From Chthonomonadales bacterium (GTDB lineage: Bacteria; Armatimonadota; Chthonomonadetes; Chthonomonadales; CAJBBX01): 20,325 nucleotides of DNA. Numbering within the stretch: position 1 is the first letter of the stretch; every line of letters begins with the position of its first letter. The stretch covers positions 1 through 20,325 of the forward strand of contig JBBIPC010000035.1 of assembly GCA_037443035.1 (NCBI GenBank), read 5' to 3'. The translations under genes and the position numbers were made by a program. Under the pieces are notes generated by a model. That model was not told the origin of the DNA and did no database searches. It saw only the letters and a program-made list of their open reading frames with translations. Below are positions 7,566 to 16,309 of the stretch, in pieces.

Positions 7566-8876
7566 TCACGCCGATGCTGCGCCCCAAGCGAACAGCCTTC
7601 CGTAGAGCGCTCGCACGCGTCCGTGGAGTGCCGACAGGCTGGCCCCAGCACTGCCGTCACCGGAAGCGTGCGCACGCATGCGACGCCCCTCCTCGACGCA
7701 CAGCTCGTCGTGAAGCGGAAACACCTCACGCATGAGGAACAATGCGTACTTGACAAGTCGAAACGGACCGAAGGGTCGCGGTTCCTGGTTCGGAAGGGCT
7801 TCGACGGCGACGGAGTAGAGGGACTTGATGCTACCGATCAGGTCGTTGAGTTCGCACGTAGGTGCAAATACCACGGTGTAATACCACCCGAATAGCTCCC
7901 CGCGCTCGCAGCCGTGAGCATCGCTCACGCCTACGATCGGAAGGCGTCTGCCGTGCACCCTCTCCTCATGGTAACGAGCCACCTGGAGTGTATTGGAGGC
8001 CGCCTCGAACAAGTGGTAACCTCCGATGACCTCGTAGGCGTCGAACGGCATTTTCTCGAAGAGATATGACGTCAAAGCACCCGCAGGTGTGTAACGGTTG
8101 CTGGTAAACCAGTACGGATGACAGAAGATCCCCAGCCCACCGCACTCGCGTATGCGCTCGAAGCACCAGACGGTGGACGCGTACTGGTAAGGGTCTACCC
8201 CAGGTGGTAACGGTCCGATCTCCTGCATCAGCCGCTCGACGGCAGCACGATAGGTTTGCTCCTCCTGGAACATGGCATTGATGCTCTTGCTTCCTCCGAA
8301 GTTCACGATGTGCACGGGGTTCGAGGGAGGGTGTACTTCCTCGCCTGGATACATTCTGAGGTCGCAAGGTAGCCCTCGATATGTCTCGATGGCCTCCAGC
8401 GAAGGAGCGTACTTACCATGGTCCGTCAGGGCCATGAAATCCAGGCCCATGGCCCGACATGCCGCGGCAACATATGCAGGGGACTCGCGACCATCCGAGT
8501 AGCTCGAATGCATATGGACATCGCCCTTGAACGGGAAACGTCCGGCGAGGTCCGGCCCAACGGAGTAAATACGAAACTCACCCACGCGCCGACGGTTATC
8601 TCCCTGCACGGCCTCGAGTACGAGGACATGCTCTTGCTCGCCTTCGAAATACTGCTGTAGCTCGACAGAGTTCCCCACCCGTCTCAGCACTGGCTTGTTC
8701 CGCTCAGGCCAGCCGCTCTGCTGGGAGAACTCTTCGCAAGGAAAGTAGGTGACTTCGTAGCTCACGCCCTCACGGAACGACACGTGGCTATGAAGCGGCG
8801 ATATGGTAATGGTGCTAACGGCATCGCCCTGCACGACAACGGGCGCAACTGCGAAGTATCGTAGTTCCGGACGCAT
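7566..8876 (-). CDS. PHP-domain metallohydrolase/phosphoesterase with an N-terminal accessory domain
   Basis: All PHP motifs are present: 'KGDVHMHSSYSDG', 'DFMALTDH', 'PGEEVH', 'IFCHPYW' and 'VGVSDAH'. I set the start at ATG 8876 (MRPELRY), downstream of a GGAGG SD. Confidence 0.88.
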   Translation of the reverse strand: MRPELRYFAVAPVVVQGDAVSTITISPLHSHVSFREGVSYEVTYFPCEEFSQQSGWPERNKPVLRRVGNSVELQQYFEGEQEHVLVLEAVQGDNRRRVGEFRIYSVGPDLAGRFPFKGDVHMHSSYSDGRESPAYVAAACRAMGLDFMALTDHGKYAPSLEAIETYRGLPCDLRMYPGEEVHPPSNPVHIVNFGGSKSINAMFQEEQTYRAAVERLMQEIGPLPPGVDPYQYASTVWCFERIRECGGLGIFCHPYWFTSNRYTPAGALTSYLFEKMPFDAYEVIGGYHLFEAASNTLQVARYHEERVHGRRLPIVGVSDAHGCERGELFGWYYTVVFAPTCELNDLIGSIKSLYSVAVEALPNQEPRPFGPFRLVKYALFLMREVFPLHDELCVEEGRRMRAHASGDGSAGASLSALHGRVRALYGRLFAWGAASA

Positions 8877-8999
8877 TCTCCCCTCCCTGGGAGGCAGTTG
8901 GCCACGTAGAGGGCGAAGTCCTGCCACGGAAGGCATAATGCATGACGAAGGGCTTGTGGCAACGAAGGGATTCGCGGCATACCAAGCCAACAGGAGCGC

Positions 9000-11900
9000 A
9001 TGATCCGCATGGACGAGCCAGAGTGCCTACAGAGTTTTCGCGAACCGGTTCGGCGCTGGTTCGTGGAGGCGCTCGGCCATCCTACGCGCGCTCAGCAGCT
9101 AGCCTGGCCCACCATTCGCACCGGTCAACATACACTGGTGGTCGCTCCCACGGGTTCTGGCAAGACGCTGGCGGCCTTCCTAGTAGCCATAGACCACCTT
9201 CTATTCGATCGCGTGCCTCCGCCCGAAGAGCGCTGCCGTGTCGTGTACATCTCCCCTCTCAAAGCGCTCGCCGTGGACATCGAGAGGAATCTCCGCCGGC
9301 CCATCGCTGGCATCTCGGCGACCGCCCAGCAGATGGGAACCACGGTTCATGTACCGGAAGTGGCGGTCCGAACCGGCGATACACCTGGGCGAGAGCGTCG
9401 TCGGTTCTCGCGACGACCCGCTGATATCCTCGTCACCACGCCGGAGTCTCTGTACCTCGTCCTCACCAGCGGCGCACGACAGGCGCTGCGATCTGTTCGC
9501 TGGGTCATTGTGGACGAGATTCATGCCGTCGTGGGGACGAAACGGGGAACACACCTCGCCCTTTCCCTGGAACGGCTGGTGGAAGTGACCCAGGCAGGTG
9601 GCAGCCATGGCATGCAACGCATCGGCCTATCCGCGACGGTACGACCACTTGACGAGGTAGCACGATTTCTCGGCGGATTCGATGAACGGGGCGCAGAACG
9701 GCCGGTGCGCATCGTGGACGCCGGTGCGCGCAAGGAGCTCATACTGACCGTCGCTGCACCACAGCGTTCGGGATTGGCGCTCCAGCGGCTGACGGCAGAC
9801 ACTGGCGGGGTTTGGCCGGCCATGCATGAGACACTTCTGGAGCACATTCGGCAGCACCGCTCCACGCTGATCTTCGTGAACAATCGCCGGCTGGCCGAAC
9901 GTCTTGCTGCGGCCCTCAACGAACTGGCCGGCAGGGACATATCTCAGGCGCATCATGGCTCCATTGCGCGTGAGCGGAGACTCCAGATCGAGGACGACCT
10001 GAAGTCCGGCAGATTGCCCGCGCTCGTTGCCACTTCCTCCCTAGAGCTCGGCATTGACATGGGCGCCGTTGACCTGGTGGTGCAGATCGAGTCACCGCCC
10101 AGTATCGCCTCTGGCCTGCAGCGGATCGGACGCGCTGGGCACCATGTGGACACGCCAAGTGTCGGCGTGATCCTCCCCAAGCACCGCGGCGACCTTCTCG
10201 CGTGCGCCGCAGTGACCGAACGCATGCATGCAGGCGCAGTCGAGAGCATGCGCTACCCGCGCAACCCGCTGGACGTCCTAGCGCAGCAGATTGTCGCCAT
10301 GGTTGCCACGGATCCGCTAACAGTAGACGATGTCGAGAGGATTGTGCGTCGTGCGGCCCCCTACCAGCATCTTCCACGACATCTCCTTGAGGATGTGCTG
10401 GACATGCTCTCAGGCCGCTACCCTTCGCACGAGTTCAGCGATCTTCGGCCTCGGCTGTTCTGGAACAAGGAGGACGGCGCTCTCCTAGCGCGCGAGAATG
10501 CTCGCCGCGTGGCCGTCGGCAGCGGGGGAACGATCCCAGACCGCGGTCAATACGGTGTGTTCATCTCCGGAGTACCACCTTCCCAAGGAAGGGTCGGGGA
10601 GCTCGAGGAGATCATGGTGTTCGAGAGCCGTGTTGGCGATGTGTTCCTACTCGGCGCCAGCAGTTGGCGGATTGCGGAGATCACGCCGGACAGAGTCCTA
10701 GTGACCCCCGCGCCAGGCGTGCCAGGTCGCATGCCCTTCTGGCACGGAGAAGGTCCGGGACGACCGGCAGAGTTCGGGCGAGCCATCGGCGCCCTCGCGC
10801 GAGAGCTGCTGTCCGTGTCCCACTCGGACGCGCTGGCCCTGCTCGCAGAGAGACATGGCCTCACGGAAGCAGCTGCCAATGACCTGCTGGACTACTTACA
10901 GAGCCAGCAGCAAGCGGCCGGCGCTGTCCCCGACGACCGGACCATCCTAATCGAGCGACACAGGGACGAGATGGGCGAATGGCGTATCTGCATTCTCACA
11001 CCGTTGGGGAGCCGCGTCCTCGCGCCCTGGGCAATGGCCATCGGAGCAGTGCTGCGCGAACGGACCGGCATCGAAGCCGATATTCTCTGGACCGAGGATG
11101 GTCTGATCCTTCGGCTCCCAGATGCCGAGGCGCCTCCAGCCACGGAATGGCTCTTTCTAGATCCGGACGACGTCGAGCGCGTTGTCGTACAGCAACTGGC
11201 TTTCGGTGGAGGAGCTGCGCGACGCATGTCGCATGGAGCCCCCGTCACTGCCGTCTTCGCATCTCATTTCCGCGAAGCTGCCGCCCGTGCTCTCCTTCTT
11301 CCCCACCGGCATTCGGGCAGGCGTTCGCCTCTCTGGCTGAACCGCAAGCGAGCTGCCGATCTTCTACACGTAGTCTCTCGGTACCGGGACTTTCCCATCG
11401 TTCTGGAAACGTTCCGCGAATGTCTTCAGGATGTCTTTGACATACCCAGCCTGGTGGAGCTCATGGAACAGGTGCAGGACGGGCGTATCCGTGTCATTGT
11501 CTCCGACACTGCGGTACCGTCGCCTTTCGCTGCATCGCTGCTGTTCAGCTATACGGCCAACTTCATGTACGAAGGGGACGCTCCGTTGGCCGAGCGCCGT
11601 GCACAGGCTCTCACGATAGATCCCATCAGGCTGCGTCAGCTCCTTGGCGAAGCGGACGTACGTGATCTTCTCGAACCCCGCGCTCTTGCCGAAGTCGAGG
11701 CATCGCTGCAAAGCGTCACCGACACCGGCCGTGCCAAGTCCGCCGACGATCTCCATGATATGCTCCTTCGCCTCGGTGACCTGAGCTTCGAGGAGATCGC
11801 GGCTCGAAGCATCGGTACGTCTAGCGGGACGCTGGAGGACGGGAAGCCGCCCTACGATGCGTGGATTCAGCAACTGGTCGCTGATCACCGCATTGTTCGA

Positions 11901-13574
11901 CTCACTGTAGCGAGCGAGGAGCGCTACATTGCCGTAGAGGATGCGCTGCGCTATCGAGACGCCCTCGGCACCAACATTGCGGGGCTACAGTCCACCGCTC
12001 TGAACAAGCCTCAGGATGATCCGCTGGGAGACCTGCTGGCGCGCTTCGCGCGGACCCGGGGACCGTTCACAACGGGGGAGGCAGCCAGACGATTCGGGCT
12101 CGGGACTGCAGTTGTGCAGGAGGTGCTGGAGCGCCTGGAATCCCAGGGACGGGTCGTCCAAGGGGAGTTCCGTCCTTCGGGTGCGGGACCCGAATGGTGC
12201 GACGTGGGAGTGTTGAAGACGCTGCGAAGCCGTTCCCTCGCCATCCTGCGGAGGGACGTGGAACCTGTCGAGCAGACCATCCTGGCCCGGTTCCTCACCG
12301 AATGGCACGGAATCACGCCTGCGACGGAGCATCGAACTACGGGCCTATCGCTTACCGATGTCCTGCGGAGGCTGCAGGGCTATCCGATTCCGGCTTCTCA
12401 TCTCGAGCGGCATATCTTGCCTCCGCGGCTGGCATCCTATGATCGCCGGGATCTCGACCTTCTAATCGCCTCCGGGGAGGTCGTCTGGACAGGCGACGGA
12501 AAGCTGGGCCCGAACGATGGGCGCGTTCGCCTATTCTTGGCATCGGACGCCCCCTATCTGTTGCAGTCGCCTGCCGGGTCCGGGTCAGACCCCGCAGCGC
12601 TTCAGGGACTTGCGGCCGACGTCTACGCTTTTCTCACCCATAACGGTGCTTCTTTCTTTCCGGCTATCGCAAACGGTGTTCACGCTCTACCCAGCGAAGT
12701 GCTCGAGGCCCTCTGGGATCTCGTGTGGATGGGGCTCGCCACCAACGATACACTTCAGCCTTTGCGCAGCCTAATAGATCCTACCGCCGCCAGACGCGCC
12801 GAGGCGTATTCCCGCCGCCGCACAGGCCGATTCCGCCCCTTGCCGGTCGGCCCAAGCTTGGGCGGCCGACCTGTGCCGCCGACGGCATCAGGACGGTGGT
12901 CCGTACTGCATCCATCCGCCATTGCGAACGGCACCGCAACGGATCGCCTCATGATGTGGGCGGAGCAACTTCTGGAGCGGCATGGAATACTCACACGAGA
13001 AGCAGTACTGGCCGAGGGCATAGGAGGCGGCTTCGCGTCGCTGTACCCGGTTCTGAGCGCGCTGGAGGAAGCGGGTCGAGTGCGACGCGGGTACTTTGTG
13101 GAAGGGCTCGGCGCATCGCAGTTCGCCCTGCCCGATGCGATCGAACAGCTTCGCCAGCTCAGGAGTGGTCCGTCGCCGGCGTCGAGCACCGACGCACCGC
13201 GTGATGCCGTCTTCCTGGCCGCAGCGGACCCCGCGAACCCCTATGGCGCCTCCCTCGACTGGCCTAGCAACCCAGATCCACGGCGACCGGCACGCGCAGC
13301 AGGTGCCTTCGTGATCCTGATCGAAGGCGAGCTTTGTGCTTGGCTCAGCCCTGGCGAACGGCGCATGCTGCTATTCCGGGAGGATCGGCAAGCGATGGAC
13401 GCCGTCCTTGGCACTATGCGTGCCGCACTCCAGGACGGGCGACTGGTGCCGTTCATCCTCGCACGGATCAATGGCGTGGCTGCCGCCGATAGCGCCCTCG
13501 TCAGTCGGTTCGAAGCAAGCGGTTTCTCGGCCGGCTCCCGCGGGATCGTACTCCGGAGGCCCACGAACATGTAG
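9000..13574 (+). CDS. lhr: Full-length Lhr family SF2 ATP-dependent helicase with C-terminal winged-helix/AlkZ-like domain
   Basis: 1524 aa. Helicase motifs are I APTGSGKT, Ia YISPLKALAVDIERNL, II IVDEIH, III GLSAT, V ATSSLELGIDMG and VI QRIGRAGH. Lhr-specific motifs are 'GGTIPDRG' and 'PFWHGE'. The C-terminal domain has 'RRGYFVEGLGASQFA' and 'AADPANPYGASLDWP'. An AGGAG SD sits at 8992-8996. Confidence 0.95.
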   Translation: MIRMDEPECLQSFREPVRRWFVEALGHPTRAQQLAWPTIRTGQHTLVVAPTGSGKTLAAFLVAIDHLLFDRVPPPEERCRVVYISPLKALAVDIERNLRRPIAGISATAQQMGTTVHVPEVAVRTGDTPGRERRRFSRRPADILVTTPESLYLVLTSGARQALRSVRWVIVDEIHAVVGTKRGTHLALSLERLVEVTQAGGSHGMQRIGLSATVRPLDEVARFLGGFDERGAERPVRIVDAGARKELILTVAAPQRSGLALQRLTADTGGVWPAMHETLLEHIRQHRSTLIFVNNRRLAERLAAALNELAGRDISQAHHGSIARERRLQIEDDLKSGRLPALVATSSLELGIDMGAVDLVVQIESPPSIASGLQRIGRAGHHVDTPSVGVILPKHRGDLLACAAVTERMHAGAVESMRYPRNPLDVLAQQIVAMVATDPLTVDDVERIVRRAAPYQHLPRHLLEDVLDMLSGRYPSHEFSDLRPRLFWNKEDGALLARENARRVAVGSGGTIPDRGQYGVFISGVPPSQGRVGELEEIMVFESRVGDVFLLGASSWRIAEITPDRVLVTPAPGVPGRMPFWHGEGPGRPAEFGRAIGALARELLSVSHSDALALLAERHGLTEAAANDLLDYLQSQQQAAGAVPDDRTILIERHRDEMGEWRICILTPLGSRVLAPWAMAIGAVLRERTGIEADILWTEDGLILRLPDAEAPPATEWLFLDPDDVERVVVQQLAFGGGAARRMSHGAPVTAVFASHFREAAARALLLPHRHSGRRSPLWLNRKRAADLLHVVSRYRDFPIVLETFRECLQDVFDIPSLVELMEQVQDGRIRVIVSDTAVPSPFAASLLFSYTANFMYEGDAPLAERRAQALTIDPIRLRQLLGEADVRDLLEPRALAEVEASLQSVTDTGRAKSADDLHDMLLRLGDLSFEEIAARSIGTSSGTLEDGKPPYDAWIQQLVADHRIVRLTVASEERYIAVEDALRYRDALGTNIAGLQSTALNKPQDDPLGDLLARFARTRGPFTTGEAARRFGLGTAVVQEVLERLESQGRVVQGEFRPSGAGPEWCDVGVLKTLRSRSLAILRRDVEPVEQTILARFLTEWHGITPATEHRTTGLSLTDVLRRLQGYPIPASHLERHILPPRLASYDRRDLDLLIASGEVVWTGDGKLGPNDGRVRLFLASDAPYLLQSPAGSGSDPAALQGLAADVYAFLTHNGASFFPAIANGVHALPSEVLEALWDLVWMGLATNDTLQPLRSLIDPTAARRAEAYSRRRTGRFRPLPVGPSLGGRPVPPTASGRWSVLHPSAIANGTATDRLMMWAEQLLERHGILTREAVLAEGIGGGFASLYPVLSALEEAGRVRRGYFVEGLGASQFALPDAIEQLRQLRSGPSPASSTDAPRDAVFLAAADPANPYGASLDWPSNPDPRRPARAAGAFVILIEGELCAWLSPGERRMLLFREDRQAMDAVLGTMRAALQDGRLVPFILARINGVAAADSALVSRFEASGFSAGSRGIVLRRPTNM

Positions 13575-13578
13575 ACGA

Positions 13579-13600
13579 CCAGTCCTGGTTCGAGGACTGG
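13579..13600. terminator. 8-bp hairpin just after the lhr stop, between convergent genes
   Basis: ccagtcct-ggttcg-aggactgg; no U-tract. Confidence 0.4.
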
Positions 13601-13663
13601 CCGCCTCGTGCTCCGCGTCGCCTGCACCTGTAAGGAGGGCGGACAGCTCGACTGGGATCGTGC

Positions 13664-14443
13664 CTAGAGCGGTACTACCCAGATGTTGCGGAACTGAACG
13701 GGATCGTGATCGCCCTGAAGAACGATGGGGCCTGTGGCCGCCTCGCCCTTGAACTCACCATACTGGATTCCCGTCGGTCCGTTGAACTCCTCGTTGGCGT
13801 GGATGAGAACACCGTTCTGGAAGACCGTTGCCCGGGCCTTTTCTACAACCTTTCCTTCGGCATCGAGACGCGGCGCTCGGAAGATGATGTCAAAGCTCTG
13901 CCACTCGCCGGGCTTCTTGCAGGCGTTGACTCGTGGAGGCTTCTGGCTGTAGAACGAGCCGCAGCCATGTGCCTCGGGCTGAGCGCCAAAGGAGTCCATG
14001 ATCTGGATCTCATAGCGCCCCTGAAGTCCCACTCCTGCATTGCCATGACCACGGGTCTTGCCCTGGGCATCCACCGTGGGACGGAACTCCACGTGCAAGT
14101 AGCAGTCCCCGAATTCCGCCTTCGATGTCACATCCGCTTTCGCGGGAGTCATGGCCCCTCCCTGAAGGGTCCAAGGAGACATAGCGCCGTCTTGGACACT
14201 CCATGGAGGCTGGTCTTTCGTACCGCGCCGATACCAGTTGTCTGCGAGATCCTCTGTCTTGCCCCCAAATAGGACGATGGCGCCCTCCGGAGCGGCACTG
14301 GGGAGGGCGATGGCCACGGCCGCCTTGGCCGTTGGTGGAGTGGCGTCCTGCGCCGAGACATGGACGAGCAGCCCGGCCGCCAAGAGGAGCGACGACGCGA
14401 CCGAAGCGACACGGATAGCTCGGTCTCTGTTGTAGTTGGTCAT
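13664..14443 (-). CDS. DUF1080 (3-keto-disaccharide hydrolase-like) secreted protein
   Basis: Signal peptide-like N-terminus. Motifs include 'PEGAIVLF.G', 'FGDCYLHVEF', 'GNAGVGLQGRYEIQIMDS', 'PGEWQSFDIIFRAPR', 'TVFQNGVLIH' and 'GPIVLQGDHDPVQFRNIWV'. I reset the start to ATG 14443 (after AAAGGG) because the 14734 start overlaps the next gene. Confidence 0.9.
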   Translation of the reverse strand: MTNYNRDRAIRVASVASSLLLAAGLLVHVSAQDATPPTAKAAVAIALPSAAPEGAIVLFGGKTEDLADNWYRRGTKDQPPWSVQDGAMSPWTLQGGAMTPAKADVTSKAEFGDCYLHVEFRPTVDAQGKTRGHGNAGVGLQGRYEIQIMDSFGAQPEAHGCGSFYSQKPPRVNACKKPGEWQSFDIIFRAPRLDAEGKVVEKARATVFQNGVLIHANEEFNGPTGIQYGEFKGEAATGPIVLQGDHDPVQFRNIWVVPL

Positions 14444-14608
14444 GAACTTGCCCTTTCGAAGCACGTGCCCGCGCCTTTCGCGGGTCCTGTGAACCTTGAT
14501 TCGCCTGCCGCACCCTCGTTCCCTGCCAGCGTGTGGGCGCTTTGCCGTCAGAATGCGGGTATTCTCTGAACCTACTTTCCCTACAATAGGAGAGCGCCAA
14601 AGACACCC

Positions 14609-15835
14609 ATGCCGTCGGAAGTCGTCACCCTCCACGGGCACATCATCGACTCGCTGATTCTGTCGCGAGTCCTCGACACAGTCCTCCTGCACGATGCCAC
14701 ATACGAAGTGCAGATGTTCCGCATGGGCCGGCACAAAGAGGAGCCCAGCTACGCCGAGATACTCATCACAGCCAAGGACGATGCGGCGCTAGAGGAAGTA
14801 CTCCACGAGGTCGGCCAGCTTGGGGCTGTGCGACGAACCCCTGAACCGGTTCGCCTGGCCGTCGCGCCGATGGACGGCGTTTTCCCCGAAGGCTTCTATT
14901 CCACCACTAACCTGGACACCTGGGTGTATGCGGACGGCCAGTGGCTGCCGGTGCAGGATATCGAGATGGACTGCGGCATCGTCGTAAGTCGGAACGATGG
15001 CATCACCTCCGCACGTTGTGTCCCCATCGGCCGCATCCGCCAGGGCGATCTGGTCGTTGTGAGCGACAGGGGTGTGCGTATCGCACCCCTGCCACGCGTC
15101 GAACCGAATAGCGCGTTCCACTTCATGGGCAGCGGCGTTTCTTCGGAGAGACGCAAGGAAATCGTCGTGGCTGCAGTTGCGCGCGCCATGCGCGAGTGTC
15201 GCGAGGCCGGCACGCGCATTCTCTTCGTCGGCGGGCCAGCCATCGTCCATACGGGCGCCGGCCGATATCTGGAATTGCTCATCGAGGCAGGGTGGGTAGA
15301 TGTCCTGTTCGCAGGGAATGCCCTTGCGACGCACGATATCGAACAAGCTCTCTACGGAACATCGCTCGGGGTGAACCTGAAGACTGGTCTCGCCGCAGCC
15401 CATGGGCACGAACACCATCTTCGCGCCATCAACACGATCCGTCACGCAGGAAGCATCAGGTCTGCCGTGGAGCAGGGCATCCTCAAGTCCGGGATCATGC
15501 GGGCATGCGTCCTCCGTGGCGTACCCTTTGTACTGGCAGGGAGCATCAGGGACGATGGGCCACTGCCCGAGGTAATCACCGATTCGATGGTTGCTCAGGA
15601 CGCCATGCGTCGCGAAGTACGGGACGTCGGAATCGCCATCATGGTCGCCACGACGCTGCACGCAGTAGCCACCGGCAATCTCCTCAGAGCTACGGTCACC
15701 ACGATCTGTGTGGACAACGATGCCGATACCGTGATCAAACTCATGGACCGTGGCACGCACCAAGCCTACGGTCTCGTCACCGACTGTGAGTTCTTTCTGA
15801 AAGAGCTCGCCTTGCAGTTCGGCCTTGTCTCGTGA
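14609..15835 (+). CDS. TIGR00300 family protein (LOR/SDH-like N-domain; related to the C-terminal part of ArgZ/AgrE; putative ornithine cyclodeaminase)
   Basis: Motifs seen: 'LHGHIIDSLIL', 'DGVFPEGFYSTTN', 'EMDC', 'FMGSGVSSER', 'GGPAIVHTG', 'AGNALATHDIE', 'HGHEHHLRAIN', 'LAGSIRDDGPLP', 'LHAVATGN' and 'KLMDRGT'. AGGAG lies upstream. Confidence 0.9.
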   Translation: MPSEVVTLHGHIIDSLILSRVLDTVLLHDATYEVQMFRMGRHKEEPSYAEILITAKDDAALEEVLHEVGQLGAVRRTPEPVRLAVAPMDGVFPEGFYSTTNLDTWVYADGQWLPVQDIEMDCGIVVSRNDGITSARCVPIGRIRQGDLVVVSDRGVRIAPLPRVEPNSAFHFMGSGVSSERRKEIVVAAVARAMRECREAGTRILFVGGPAIVHTGAGRYLELLIEAGWVDVLFAGNALATHDIEQALYGTSLGVNLKTGLAAAHGHEHHLRAINTIRHAGSIRSAVEQGILKSGIMRACVLRGVPFVLAGSIRDDGPLPEVITDSMVAQDAMRREVRDVGIAIMVATTLHAVATGNLLRATVTTICVDNDADTVIKLMDRGTHQAYGLVTDCEFFLKELALQFGLVS

Positions 15836-15838
15836 GGA

Positions 15839-16156
15839 CTAGTCCTCCCTGGTCACACGGATTTCGGCGTTGGCGGGCAGCGCCAGGCCGGCAGCGACCT
15901 CCACTGCTTTGATGATACCGGCAGGCACCGGGCATGCTGCGTGCTTGCAGTACCTTCTCGCCATTTCCATGACCTGAGGTGGGCTCCCTCGCCAGCTCAT
16001 CTCCTGCATGGGGTCTACCCGCACTAGCTCATTGCCCATGCGCTGGACGTCGGGGCAGTCACTCTGTATGTTCAGCACACATTCGTCGCCATCCATGATG
16101 GCTCGGACGGTTGTTCGGAAACCACAGATGCCGGCGTGTATCTCACTCGTCGCCAC
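15839..16156 (-). CDS. Small Cys-rich conserved protein (DUF6951-like)
   Basis: 105 aa with a GTG start after an AGAGGAG SD. Motifs are 'GICGF', 'SDCP' and 'CKHAACPVPAGIIKAVEVAAGLALP'. The DUF number is from memory. Confidence 0.75.
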   Translation of the reverse strand: MATSEIHAGICGFRTTVRAIMDGDECVLNIQSDCPDVQRMGNELVRVDPMQEMSWRGSPPQVMEMARRYCKHAACPVPAGIIKAVEVAAGLALPANAEIRVTRED

Positions 16157-16309
16157 GTTCTTGCTCCTCTTGGATAGCCTAGCGTCACATTATGTTGCAC
16201 TACGTCGCGCCGTGCCACGTCGTGCCCACCTATGGCAGTTCCCAGGCTCTCTTTGCGCACCGATCTTGCTGAGCAGGGAATGCTAGGCCGTCCGTCGAAT
16301 AGGCCTAAC

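Noticed and set aside
14582..14587. TACAAT as a -10 box for the TIGR00300 gene
   Set aside because: There is no convincing -35 element and it abuts the putative SD. It cannot be supported without transcription start data.
14789..15763. Long antisense or alternate-frame ORFs (for example 14789-15763, 5766-6779, 1589-2425, 19118-20038)
   Set aside because: These are shadow ORFs expected in high-GC coding DNA. They show no recognisable motifs and lie over well-supported genes.
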